A DNA stretch of 64,000 nt, taken from NCBI RefSeq assembly GCF_001194135.2, contig NC_069004.1, positions 19,860,716 through 19,924,715 on the forward strand, written 5' to 3'. The notes beneath the pieces are model-generated. The model was not told where the DNA came from, did no database searches, and saw only the letters and a list, made by a program, of their open reading frames with translations. This stretch comes from Octopus bimaculoides. Taxonomy: Eukaryota. The translations under genes and the position numbers were made by a program. This document shows positions 1-12,714 of this stretch, piece by piece (positions within the stretch are counted from its first letter, which is position 1; every line of letters begins with the position of its first letter).

Positions 1-951
1 CGGACTTTAAATGATGATGATGATGATGATAGCACAAAAGGGTCACCTTCATAGAGCTTTTACAACACATAAAGTACTTAGACTGCTTGGATCATATTAA
101 CACCCAAGGACTAGGAAAATGTAATCTTGCTGCCTTAGACAATTGTAGTTTTGACATTCATGCTATTCACAGTTTACATTTACCAGTAGTAGGTATCTGT
201 ATGTTGTCGTTCAATCCACCGGAAATAGCAGCCTTAATGTAACATAAGTACTGGGGTCGATTTGTTAAACTAAAACCCAAGATGGTCACTGAAATAAGTT
301 AAAAGATATGATTTCTGTTTCTAGATGTCAAAAGTACAATGATGTTTGGTGAAGAGATAGAGGTGGAGGGGAGGAAGGAATTTGGCTTGGAAAATTATGA
401 GCTTTAGACATTGTTATTAAAATAAAGACATGGCTGTATGGTTAAGAAATTTGTTTTGCAACTCAGTGGTTTCAGGTTGAATCCTGCTGTGTGACTTCTT
501 GGGATAATATCTTCTATTTCAAGCAATGTTTTCTCTAATTTTTCTCAGTCACTGAGCAAACATTTGATGCTTTAGGTGAAAATATTTTAAATTCAAAGAG
601 TATGGTATTCAAACTTTAATGCAGCTTAACAAGTACACATTAGCAAATTAAAATGAACTTCATGGTCTTACATCAACCAATATAGTGTGAGTGGAATTTG
701 GTGGACTGAAGCTGTGTAAAAGTGTGTGTGATGTTTTTTGTCATTTATACATTGGTGAGAGCTGTACACACCAACAAAAGAAACAATAAATCATGTATTT
801 TTTGGCCCAGTTGCACAAACACCTTAACACTTTTACTATTGGAAACGGGGTGAACGACCAGTCTGTAGCCAACAATGCTATTGTTCACAAAATACATGGT
901 ATCAAATAGTAATAAATAAATCAATAAATATTCTGTTTGTGATTGATATAG

Positions 952-1388
952 AAATATCTGAACCAGAAACAACTGACATCTGAGGAGAATATCTACTCAA
1001 TTGTACAACATTACAAAGAAGAACGAGCTAAAAAGAATGAGAGCAATGATGACTTGAGTGAAGCATTGAAAGAATCCCAGTCCAGAACTGCAAAATCTTC
1101 AAGTGTTCAGCATGATAAAGATGGTAATGAAAGCTGCAGCAGCAATGAGTCCCTTGTGTTTGATGATTCAGATGACTTTGGAGTTACAAATGACAATGCA
1201 GCACCGAGTAAGTCCAAGCGTGGCCGTGGAAGAGGTGCGAAAGAAACAACCACTTCACGTGGTCGAAGTCGTGGAAGAGGGTCCCGAGGTTCCAGGAGTA
1301 AAGCTCAGGTGGTTACTGATAGCAGACAATCTTCAGACATGACCAGTTATTTTACTCAGAAGTCAAAACGGAAACTATCTGAGTCAGA
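952..1388 (+). CDS. MRE11: MRE11 double-strand-break repair nuclease, penultimate coding exon (end of DNA-binding region plus GAR motif)
   Basis: TAG acceptor ends at 951 and the donor GA|GTAAGT starts at 1389. The open frame reads KYLNQKQLTSEENIYSIVQHYKEERAKKNESNDDLSEALKESQSR...DDSDD...KRGRGRG...RGRSRGRGSRG...DMTSYF. This parallels the vertebrate MRE11 C-terminal region as recalled (RFLKE..IDEEVRRFRE..DDEVREAM, then DSDD, the RGRGRG GAR motif, MSIIDAF). Confidence 0.85.
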
Positions 1389-3518
1389 GTAAGTATTAAA
1401 TTGGTATTCTTCAGTTTAAACTACTTTTTCATTACTTTAGCTTACATCTTCTTGCTTATGGATGTCAGTTCCAACTTGAGAGCACAGAATGTCTTTCATT
1501 GAAGTTTTCATGGCTATATTCTTGGACCAGCTGCATAATTTGCCAGTCCATATGCAGGATGTTTTAAAGAGACATCCGTGGGATTACAATTGGGAAAATT
1601 ATGAAGCCAGAAATTGAGGTTGGTGAAGTCATAGAAACTCTCAAACAACCATTTCTGATTTTTTCTGGAGGTATGGCAAGAAGCCAAATCCTGCTGTCAC
1701 ATATATGACCTTCCTGTAGCAATCATCTCCTACCAGAAATTAACCTCAATCTCCAGCAGCTTCACATAGCCATTAGATTTGAGCCTAAGGCCCTGTTCAT
1801 CCCTGCTGCCCATAGCTTTGTAGTTTCTGTTGCAACTGTCCATGTCACATCTTACAGCCCTTAAAGTGTTCACAGAGCTTTGAGCAACAGTCATGATGTT
1901 GGCATTTTTATATCCAGGAAACAGTTAACTCTTTTCCAATATTCAAATGGCTTCCAGCCTTCCATGTCAGCTACCTGTTTCTCAGCTACAACTTTAATCG
2001 TTATACTCTGCCATGCCTTTGCCTGTCCACCAATATACCAAGCTGTTTCTGAAAGAAGTTTATTTGGATTGGTACATTATTTTATTAACTTCAGAAGGTG
2101 AAAGGTAAATTGATCTTGATAGAATGTAAAGAGCTGGAACAAATACTGCAAAGCATTTTGTCTGACATTCAAATTATTCTGCTAATATGCTGCCTTTTAA
2201 GAACCTAGCTGTAAATAGATACTATGGTAAGAGAGAAAAGAGAGGTGGGGGAGAGAGCATGGGGTTTGAACCAAATTGTGCTGTGTAAGGCTGGAGATAA
2301 ACCTTCTACAGCTAAAACCTATCTTGAGTCTACGTACTCATTAGGCCAGCACTTATCTCAGCTTCTGACTTGTTGAGTGACTGAGAGCACAAGACTCCTC
2401 CCTGGAAGGAACATCAGTCCATCACAAGGTTAACCCCAAGCTGCTGCTGTTAGTATTTATTTTCAGCTGAGTGGAACTGGAGCAACATGAAATGAAATGC
2501 CTTGCTGAAGAATACAACTCACTGCCTGGTCCATGAATCAAACTCGTGGCTTTACAAACTTGATACTGAATGAAAGTAGTTGATGGAAACTGAAGAAGCC
2601 CATCATACATGTGTATGTGCATGTATGATATGGAGTTTGTATTTCCCTGTTTGCTGATTGTAAACAAAAGCTTCACTGTTCATACAGTAGTGTTGCTTGC
2701 TATCCACTGCAAAATCATGTCAAGGGTTTTTGACGTGTTGACATGTTCATTTTCAATAAACAGAGTGGATTATTACCTTAGTTGGAAGCTAGCCAGGATT
2801 GGAGTCAGGAAGGGCATCAAGCTATAGAAAATGCTGCTACAACAAACATAGTCACACCTGACCTGTGCAAGTATGAAAAAGTATGCCTTGTGAGTGGATT
2901 TGGTCGACAGAAACTGAAAGAAACCCATCATATGTATATATATATGTATGTGTGTATATTATATGTATATATATATATTATCATCATCATCATCTAACAT
3001 CCGCTTTCCATGTTAGCATGTGTTTGCAAATATAGTATTGGTATATCCCATTTATGTTCATTAGAAATTAAATAAATAAAGAAATTTGACATGTACGAAT
3101 ATTTATTCTCCCCCTCCACTGTATGTATGTATGTGTGTATATATAGTATGTATATATGTGTATATATATGTATGTATATATACATATATATGTGTATATC
3201 TATATGTGTGTATATGTATCTATGTGTGTATGTTTGTCCTCCACCCCCACTTGTTGGTGTGTTTACATCCCCATAACTTAGCAGTTTGACCTAAGTGATT
3301 AATAGAATGAGTACCAGGCTTTAAAAGAAAAAAAGAAGTCCTAGGGTTGATCTGTTCCACTAAAGTGGTTGGTGTTAGGAAGGGTATCCAATATAGAAAC
3401 CAATCCAAATCAGACTGGAACCTGGTGTAGCTCTCCAGTTTACCTCTGGTCAAACTGTCCAATCCATACCAGCATGGAAAACATATGAAATGATGAAGAT
3501 GATGATGTGTGTGTGTGT

Positions 3519-3803
3519 ATATAAGAGATTATATAAATGACAAAGGAACAATAAATTATGTAATGAACTTCAATAGCTTACAGCTGTTTCTGTTATAATA
3601 TGCGATGCACTCCAAGTTGAGTGTTTGTGTACCATTTTCATCAGAGCTTCAAAAGTGAAGCTCCATTTTATAATGTGCTATAAGGTGACACACAAGCACT
3701 CAACTATGAGTGTATTGCATCTTATAGCAGAAACAGCTATAAGCTAATGAAGTTCATTACATAATTTAATGTTCTCTTGTCATTTATATAAACTCTTATT
3801 ATA
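3519..3803. mobile_element. Fold-back (MITE-like) element in TA/TG repeat
   Basis: About 120-bp imperfect inverted arms (ttatataaatgacaa...gttgagtg / cactcaac...ttgtcatttatataa) around a roughly 40-bp spacer. Confidence 0.65.
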
Positions 3804-3907
3804 CTCTGTGCTTGACTAACGCTTTTCTCTGAAGTATATGTATATTGACTTCTCGCATCAGATAATTAGTACTGCTGCATCTAAGTTAAATATATATATA
3901 TATATAC

Positions 3908-4325
3908 ACACAATGTGGTATCAGAAAGTTCCCGGACTAGTTCTGTAGCATGCTAACAGATGGCTGCGCATGGTTGCATGTGCAGTGAGAACAAGCAGTG
4001 ACCTTCATGGGGCAGTGTGCCAAGTGACATTGCTGTGTTTACTTCACAAATTGTGAAATTTATGTTTTTGTGATCACATGTATGCTGTAGTCTGTGATTT
4101 TGTCATGGACAGGAAGAAAGAGCCAATGTGAAATTTTGTGCTAAACTTGAGAAATCTGCTACAGAGACATTGAGTATGCTTCGACAAGCTTATGGCAATG
4201 AGGCAATGGGTTGTACGCAATGTTTCAAGTGGCACGGGTGCTTCGAAAGCTGAAGAATGTCCCTGGAAGATGATGAGTGATGGTGGAAGACCTGCCACCA
4301 GCATCACCCCTGGAAATATGGTATT
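3908..4325 (+). mobile_element. Mariner 5' fragment (left TIR plus start of degraded transposase)
   Basis: TIR-like gtggtatcagaaagttcccggac after a TA run, and a degenerate QRANVKFCAKL..SATETLSMLRQAYG..WHGCF HTH frame. Same family as 37660-38793 and 48105-48140. Confidence 0.7.
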
Positions 4326-4329
4326 GTGC

Positions 4330-5450
4330 ATTCAGAATTTGTATCCCAAGGCCAGATTGTCGATTAATCCCTCAACTGAAAAGGGGAGTAGTATTGAGTT
4401 TGGTGGCCTTGTGCCAGGTAGTAAGAGGTTAAACTATGATAGGACAGACACAGATGCCTTGATATAGAGGAGATACATGGTTACTCCAGTTGATGGAGAA
4501 GAAAGAGAGATGGTGATAATGCATCAGGGCATACTCTCAGGTTACAAGGAAGTGAATATAAATAGAGTATTAGAGGATCAGACAGGGTGCATGAATAGGG
4601 AGTTCACAAGAGTGCAAAGGGAGAGAGGGTAGGGAAAAGGGAATGTAATGAGTGGTGAAACATGGCTATATAGAAAGTACAACAGAGTAGCAGTGTTATA
4701 ATTGGCAGTTTGAGGACAGGAGAGAGAGATGACAGAATGGTGTTGGGCTACAAGAGTAGCAGAGGGAGAGACAAGCATGGTGCATGAAGAAAAAGTGGTT
4801 TGGTTCATTAGGCTGGGATGTGTGAATTAATGTTCACTGAGGTGGGTGGGTATTCTCAAGAATCTCAGTTCATTGTCATCTTCTCTGTGAAGCTCAACAT
4901 CTTGACACTGGCCCTAACTATTTCATCCCATGTCTTCCTTTTCCACAGTTGCCATCCATTTTAAGTGATCAGCACTTCTTTATACAACTGTCTTCATTCA
5001 TATGCATCACTTGTTCAAAGCTTCTCTCAGTCCTAGCTCTAATTCTGAAGTCACTAACTAGTGACTTGTGTTGGGTTGTACGCTCTTCACTTGGGAAAGA
5101 CTTTGCACTTACAAGCATCAGTCTCTCTCATTGCCCGGTGAGGATGGAACCAATCTGGCTTATGTGGCCACCTGACTGATAGGTAATCAGGTGACTGGCG
5201 GGCTGATTTCCTGAAATTGGTGTTGCTGATAGTCAGATCATTTGCATCACAGAACTCCAGCAGCCTTGTTTCTTCCTCATTCCTAGTGCCAAAACCGTAA
5301 CCTCCACACACACCATGAAATCCATGGGAGTGTTGCCCAGCATGTTCATGGAAGTCACCAGCAACAATAACCAAGTTTCTGTCATTTTTCATTGAGGATT
5401 TAGTTGATGAGACCCTTGTCAAGGGCTGGCATGTGACCTCATTCCCCATT
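4330..5450 (-). mobile_element. RTE-clade LINE derivative: endonuclease fragment fused to the 3' end and CT-rich 3' UTR
   Basis: ORF 5087-5449 has VIVAGDF..H.G...GYGFGTRNEE..RLLEFCDANDL.ISNT.FRK (RTE APE domain). It is joined directly to the terminal GK.RKTWDE region and to a 3' UTR matching 16900-17470. Confidence 0.7.
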
Positions 5451-5739
5451 GAAGTCAGCTGTTGTGGCTTTCCATCTAGATCAGTGCAAAAGATAGATCA
5501 GGAATCCAAACAACTGAAGAAAGCCACTATGGCAGCTGAAACTAGCTAAAGAATGCTATGGTTGATGAGCGACTGCAAAGGGAATCTTTCCATAGGTGAA
5601 GACTAACTCAGCCCTCGCTGCCCCACTCAAGTGTAGTGTACAGTCTAAGAGGTGGAAGGCTTGTGACTCTGAGATGCCTGCTGACAATACAGCAGTGTTT
5701 CCTGTTTGGCAATGGATTTAGAAGAGCTTGATAAACCAT

Positions 5740-7000
5740 CTCTGATATTTATTTCACCCAATAATCTGGAAGCCCTCACATCCAAGGCATAAGGTATTTC
5801 AGATTGCAAGATAAATCAAAGAAAATTGTAATGTTGTCAGAGAGAATGTTCAGATGGATTGATGGTACACTTGGACTTAGTGGTTCTGCAAAGGAAGAGA
5901 TATGGAAGTGTCACAATGAAAGGCTGCTAAATGTGGCAAATGCATGGGAAAAGGAGGATCTACCTAATGTGGATCAGCAGAGGGACCAGTTATCAGAGTT
6001 GACAGCAGCATGATAGATAAAGCAATTAAGCATATAAAAACTGGGAAAGCTCCTGGCCCATCAGAAATTACTGCTGAGATACTTAAAATATCTGCCAGAG
6101 TGAGATATGACCTAGTCACCTGTTTAGTTAATCAGGTTTTTGTCCAGGAAGAGGTCATGCACAATGACTGGTGTAGCAGCATTATAGTCAACTGCTACAA
6201 AGGGAAAGGTGATGCCTTGGACAGAAGTAACTACAGAGATATGAAATTGCTAGACTAGATCATGAAATTTACAGAAGGGACCTTAGATCAACTCTTAGGA
6301 AGAGAGTTAACCTAGATGAGATGCAGTTTGGTTTTGAGTCTTATCTTTGTAGTAAGGCAACTGCAAGAGAAGCACTTAGTCAAAAATAAACCACTTTACT
6401 TGGCATTTGTTGACATGAAGAAAGTCTTTGATAGGGTCCCTTGCTCACTCATTTGGTCATTGATGTGAAAGCTAGAGTACAGTGTTAAATACCTTCCCAC
6501 ACAACATCTCCTAATACCTCTTCCCTCTACCAGCACCCTCTCATTACATCACTCCACCTCTAGCTCTCTCTCTCCTTTCAAAATGTTGGGAACTTACCTA
6601 CCCTCTCTAATCCCTGGTCCACTTCAATATATACATCACCCTGTTACTTGGGTGTATGGCTACTGCCCAATCCCTATCACATCTTCACCATCTTTCTACC
6701 CTCTCTCTTTCTCCACCTGAGATAGGTATGTTTCCCTTGTAATGAAAGACACATTTGCTGTCTTTTAATTCTACCTCACCCAGTCGAAGGGCCGTGTCCT
6801 GCAAGCTATTTGTTAACCTCGCTGCTGCTGGGGCTGTGTACAATGCATCCAACTGTAAAGTGGTTGGCATTAAGAAGGGGATCCAGCCAGATAAACCATG
6901 TCAAAACAGACAGCAGCGCTTGATGCAGTCTTCTGACTTGTTAGTTCCTGTCAAACCATCCTACCAGCATGGAAAACGGATGTTAAAATGATGATGGTGA
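5740..7000 (+). mobile_element. RTE LINE fragment (pre-RT/RT region plus 3' UTR with (ATG)n tail)
   Basis: Motifs IKTGKAPGPS.ITAEILK, DWCSSIIVNCYKGKGDALDRSNYR, AFVDMKKVFDRVP. Multiple stops. Confidence 0.8.
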
Positions 7001-7003
7001 TGA

Positions 7004-7004
<1 letters not shown>

Positions 7005-7087
<83 letters not shown>

Positions 7088-7090
7088 GGA
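7005..7090. repeat. (CT)n(TA)n compound microsatellite
   Basis: Visible directly. Confidence 0.95.
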
Positions 7091-7949
7091 GGGGGACATT
7101 GACTATTTAGTCCACTGTGAACCCTTGCTCTCACCTACTAGCTTAGGTGATGGTGACATTGCTGCTGTTGCCAACCTCCTCCTCCTCTTTTCTTCTTGAT
7201 CAGATACTGTGCTTGATGCTGTTAAGAGGTGTGTGTTGTTACTGTCTCCTTGCCTTGGCTTTGCATGACAATTGTAAATGAGTGTCACTGTCATGTAAGC
7301 AGTTTCTTATGTGAAAACAAGTGAGGGTTGGTGACTGGGTGTGCATTAAGCTGTAGCAAGTCTGCTCCAGCAAATTCCATTTGACCCATGCGAACATGGA
7401 AAAGTGGATGTTATAATGCTGATGATATGTTTGTATGTATATATTGTTATTGAAGAATCCTGTACACCCCCACATGACTGAAAGTGGACTAGACAGATTT
7501 GAATCAATAAAGAACTGCATGAGCTGTCGGTGGCAGTTGACTGCGTTGATCATCCATATTGGTTACTGTGTTGGTTGAATATTGTAACATGTATACGCGT
7601 ATCATAACATATATGACAGATAATTTACTGAGCTTCATGAAATTCTTGATTTGACTCAAGAGAAATTGAGTCAATGTGAAGAGAGCAGTTGCTTGACTCA
7701 CTGGAAAAAGAGTCAATTCCCACTTAAATCACACCCTACCATCTTGAATGAAAAGGGTGTACTGGATTATGTAGTCCCTGATATACAAAAAGATAGGATG
7801 GTCATAGGTCAGCTCAATTAAGGCTAACCTGAGGCTAAGAAACAATAATTACTCATTAGAAATTATGTAAGATAAATTTATGAGCATGTTTTATAAAAGT
7901 GTTAATTGGATTCTCCTTCTAAAACATCTATTTTTTGCTCTTATAACAG

Positions 7950-8067
7950 TGATGACTCTGACCCAAAGACCAGCAACAGTTCAAATATATCTGTGAAAAA
8001 CAGGAAGACTACTGAAAGAATAGCCCAGTCAATGAAACGTGGTGTTATATTTGATGATGATGATTGA
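7950..8067 (+). CDS. MRE11: MRE11 last coding exon (acidic C-terminal tail)
   Basis: Polypyrimidine acceptor ttttttgctcttataacag at 7931-7949. Phase matches the previous exon (GA|T = Asp). Reads DDSDPKTSNSSNISVKNRKTTERIAQSMKRGVIFDDDD*, resembling the MRE11 terminal SKGVDFE/DDDD motif. TGA at 8065-8067. Confidence 0.8.
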
Positions 8068-8068
8068 G

Positions 8069-8120
<52 letters not shown>
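8069..8120. repeat. (GT)n(TA)n microsatellite immediately after the MRE11 stop
   Basis: Visible directly. Confidence 0.95.
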
Positions 8121-8203
8121 GTTCTCTTCGCTGTTTAATGACTAATCATTCTGCAGGACAAAAATAAATTTACAAGAAAACAATTGAAATATTTGTAACT
8201 TTA

Positions 8204-8242
<39 letters not shown>

Positions 8243-10129
8243 CACTCACATGTTTGTATGTATGTGTATATAGATAGTCTCCTTGCTGTTTGATTTTGTT
8301 GTATAAAAATAAATTTACAAGAAACATTTGAATTATTTGAAATTTGTAATACATACTTATATACACACACACATGTATGTGTGTGTTGTGTGTATTAAAC
8401 CCAGTATTTTCGGGAAGTTTTGTTTTGTTTTTGTTTTCATTTTCATTGATAAGAATTTTACTTTAATAATAAAATTCTTAGGTATTTATTTTGTCTTTGA
8501 TTGTAATATTTCTAAAATTAATATTTGATATTTTTAGTATTTATCTGATTTCAATTATAAATTGTTGGCTGGTTGATTGGTGGGTGGTTTATTGATATTG
8601 TGTAGAATGGAATGTTATTTGGACAATAACTTAAAGACAATCTAAAGAGAGTTAACACAAGACCACTCAATGAAATCATAGAACATAGGTCACATACTCT
8701 TGCTACCAGAACAGTGTCATTACAACTTTCAAATGTACACCACCAAAGATAAAAAGAGGGGAAGACTGCATGGCATAGAACATTCATAACTGATACAAGA
8801 AACCAATATCACATAACCAAATGCGGAGAAAACTGCAGCTAATAGAAACCAATGGCATCAACTTGCTGCCTGATGTACTCGAGTGCTTAGGAAGGGCTGA
8901 GACTGAGAGATGCACATTAAAAGACATTGAACTATAATCATTAACTGATTGGTGTAGTGAAGTTAGATGATTGAATTTTGTTGTTATGATGACAAATAAA
9001 GTGTAACTTTTTTGCACATGGTAGTTGCTACATCAGTGAAGCAGTGTTGATAAATCAAGTCTGTCAGTGATTTGAACAGTGAAGTTCTGTAATTTGGATA
9101 CTAGTTAAAGCAAACATCACTGTTCTCTACTGTTTTGGCCATTTTAATAATTTAAGATCTAGGTTTTGTATTGAATTATCTTACCTTAATTCTAAGATTC
9201 AAAGAAAGGAGACAAGGTATAAAATTTGAAAGAAAACACTATAGAATAAAGTTATGTTTTTGGTGAATTAGTTTCATGGGTCTAGAAATCTCTAGTGACA
9301 ACATTTACCTTCTTACTCTCTCTTTCTTCTTCACTGTCGAAGGGCAAGGAGCCAAAAGGTTAGATTCTGCACTCCGCACAGCAGTGAACTTGTCAAATCC
9401 TCTTATTGACTAGTTGTTGCTGATGTAGATGAACACTTGTTTCTTTGAATTCTGGGTTGTATCTACATTTTACTTACATTTCTTAAAAGTGCATGCATTA
9501 TAAAATCTTTATTTCATGTCCCTTTATGCCTTGTTGAAGAAAGTAATGTCCTTTCCTACTAGTTCCTTAACTGTAAAGTTTGAATGAAACATTTCCACTG
9601 ATTGGGGAAACTATAGTAAGCAGAGTTATTTCCCTTGTACTGGGGGGGGGGCACAATGCAGATATCCAACACTAATCTTACAACCATTATGCCTCTATGC
9701 TGCGTCTTTTTTTAGTTACCTTTGATGTCTACATTCTTTTTAGTTTTTTTCAGGCCAACATTGTTGAATGTCCTGCTCAATGATGAAATTATGTTAAAAT
9801 ATTTTTATTTTATTTTATACATTTTATATGGCATTTTGTGAACTACAACATTGTACTTTAAAAGTTTGCAATACACTAATCACTGGCTCACTGCATTTAC
9901 AAAGGATTGTCTATGCAACTCAGGTGAAATAAATATCACAAAGAGTTTCCATCTACCAAATTTCACTCACTACAATATTGGTCTACCTGAGGTTATGTTG
10001 AAGATATTTGCTCGAAGTGCCATCTTTCAGTAGACTGTTCTGTTAGAAATTCCTGTTGTCATGTGCTTCAATTAGTGTACTTCAATTAGGATTTCTAATC
10101 TCTGATTGTTCACTGGATCATTAAGCTTT

Positions 10130-10480
10130 CATATTTTTTTTTCAAGACTAGCATGTGTCTCTTGGATCCTTCTAGCTGTAAGTCTGAAGTTACTAACCTA
10201 TGTTCAGTAACACATTATTCACCTGGGAAGGACTTTGTATTTATGAGTACCTGTCTATCCTGCTTGAATGTAGTCAATCTGGCTTGTGTGCCTACTAAAA
10301 TGATAAGTGATTAAGTGACTCACTGGTTTCCTAAAGTTAGTGTGGCAGTTCATTTGCATCACAGAACTACAGACCAGATCCAATACCTCCATGGATTCCA
10401 CTTGGATGTTGCCCTATTTATTCATTGAAGCCTCCTTCTCACACACATTGAAGCCTCCTTCTCACCAACTCTAAACTCAA
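10130..10480 (-). mobile_element. Old RTE endonuclease remnant
   Basis: Minus strand resembles the FCDANEL..TNFRKP..HL.T....HTSQIDYI segment of other RTE copies here. Confidence 0.5.
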
Positions 10481-11062
10481 CTGCAAATTTCACAGAAACT
10501 GATATTGACAGACTCTATTTCAGAAGAGGAAGAAAAGTTTTATTTTTAATAACACATGCAGTTCAGTGTATCCAGAAGTGCAGGACTACCATATCTTAGT
10601 AAAGATTTGGGAAAGAATTACTCCAAATGACAATCTGGAAAAGTTAGGCTTTCAGGGCAAAGAGACTAGTTAGCATGTAGTTTTCAGATATAATCTATAA
10701 GTGGAATTGTTAAAGTTCATTATGTAATAATTATTGTTGTTATCTAAATTCCAGCAATGGAGCTTTTGTTTCCTTGCTGGAAACCAGCTTCCTCCTCCTA
10801 GAAAGTATTTTGGTAAAAAAAAAAAAAAAGAAAGTTATACATACATTAATACAAACATATATATATATACACACACACACATTAATATACAAACAATTAC
10901 ATGTAGAGAATGTGTTTATATGAAATGTTATTCACTCCACCTACTTATCTCTCATTTTTCTTATTTTTGTCTAATTTTTCAACCTAATATATATATATTT
11001 ATATATATATTTATAAACGCTATCCCCTACTATACAATAACCTTTCATTTTCTGAAGAGCAT

Positions 11063-11172
11063 GCTATGACTGCTTCATGGAGCTATGACTGAAGAGGAGC
11101 TATGACTGCTTCATGGAGCTATGACTGAAGAGGAGCTATGACTGAAGAGCTATGACTGCTTCATGGAGCTAT
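11063..11172. repeat. Minisatellite with core GAGCTATGACTG and alternating spacers
   Basis: About 7 cores separated by CTTCATG, AAGAG or AA. Confidence 0.9.
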
Positions 11173-11275
11173 CAAAATCCATACTAGTTGATTCTATATT
11201 TTGCTTTTATGATATTGTCTCAGTATTGTACCTGCTTGCATGGTTATATATATACATGATTATATCTACTAGTAA

Positions 11276-12714
11276 CACTAGGCAACAAAGATTTTGTTAC
11301 AGAAGACCAAATATGTGTTTCTAGCTAATTTCGGTATGCTGATTTCAAATCTATAATTAGATGTTTTCTATCATATCTGGATTTTGTTTAAAATGAAAAT
11401 CACTCAGTAAAATTTCCTACCACATCCAGATTTTGGTTGTAATCAAATTAATAACAATAATATGAAACTTGCTTTTCAATGTGAAAGCAATTTTTGTTTG
11501 TCAACTATATGAGGTCTGATAAATTAAGTATCTGGACTGTTGCCATAGTAACAAAGCTAGAGTACACAGAGTGAAGCTGCTTGGCAAAGATTGACCTTGA
11601 ACTCTGTTGTACATGTGCACTAAGTTTTAATGTTGTAGCTCACTTCCGCTGTTTACAGCAGTACTTGGAAAGAAGGTGTGTAATATGTGATTATCGCATT
11701 GACCATGACAGAAGGTTGTCATGGCAATACCTGCTCAGAGGCCTATGCAAAGTTGCAGAAAGTGTATGAGAGGAGTGTGTGATCCGCACACAAGTGTATG
11801 AGTGGTTCAGACGTTTCCAAGATGGCCGAAAAAATGTCGATATTGATGATCGTTTTGGGAGACACACAACCAGTAGAACTGAGAAAAACATCACAGATGT
11901 GAAGGGAGGTTGTCTAATTACCATCTGGGAGTTATCAGAGGATGTGCAGATTAGTTACAATTCAGTTCAGTCCATTATCACTGAAGGTTTAGGTATGAGA
12001 CAAGTTTGTGCCAAAACTGCTTTCAACTGACCAAAAAGACACTTAGGGTTTCAGTTGTACAAGATCTCCTTGATTGTGTTGAGAATGATGAAAACTTTGC
12101 ATAGGCCTCTGAGCAGGTATCATCAAGCTTTTGGCAAAATTTGATGCAGATTCTCTGCTCAACTTTCTCTGTCATGGTCAATGTGACAATCACACGCTAC
12201 ACACCTTCCTTCCAAGCACTGCTGTAAACAGCGGAAGTGAGCTAGAACGTTAAAACTTAGTATGCATGCACAGCAGAGTTCAAGGTCAATCTGCACTAAG
12301 CAACTTCACTCCGCGTGCTTTAGCTTTGTTACTATTTCAACAGTCTGGATACTTATAGATCAGACCACGTATATAAATTTTGATCAATAAAACTTATCCC
12401 AAGTTGGCAACACTGAGTCAAGAGCATAGTAATGGCTGAATGGTCAGTCATTATGTGACAGTCAAGTGGAGCAGTTGTTGAAACACTCTACTGGTAAGCA
12501 AGTAACTGGCTGTGGTAACTTGTGTATTTTTATTGCATTTGTTTTGTACTACACTATATTTCTTTTTATTTTGTACATTGTAATTATTACTTCCTACACT
12601 TTTTTTTTTGTTTTCCAGACATTGTATGGTAACTAAAATGCAATCAAATAGATGTGTTTGTGTAAATTACCCAAACAACTTCTGCTATATTTCTGGACAA
12701 TATACACCTAAATG
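11276..12714 (+). mobile_element. Chapaev3-like DNA transposon 5' remnant, interrupted by a mariner derivative and truncated by an Academ-like element
   Basis: Begins CACTAGGCAACAAAG. After the interruption it encodes MQSNRCVCVNYPNNFCYISGQYTPK (CxNxPxxFCYxxG N-terminal motif). The superfamily name is from memory of this motif and terminus. Confidence 0.45.
11508..12371. mobile_element. Mariner-derived palindromic non-autonomous element
   Basis: TA-flanked ends tatgaggtctgat / atcagaccacgta. Arms 11508-11754 and 12093-12371 are inverted copies of the element's 5' end. The centre encodes a transposase N-terminus (RTQVYEWFRRFQDGRKNVDIDDRFGR). Confidence 0.85.

Noticed and set aside
745-972. Antisense ORF overlapping the MRE11 acceptor
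   Set aside because: Reverse-strand frame over intronic AT-rich DNA with no recognisable motif.
4330-7000. Twin-primed 5'-inverted LINE (EN on minus, RT on plus)
   Set aside because: The minus piece has its own 3' end and UTR, so these are two independent insertions.
8161-8350. Direct repeat aaaataaatttacaagaaa..tttgtaa around a (TA)n run
   Set aside because: Short AT-rich local duplication with no element ends or function evident.
11063-11172. CRISPR-like repeat-spacer array
   Set aside because: Spacers are 2-7 nt and recur, there are no cas genes, and the context is eukaryotic; it is a minisatellite.
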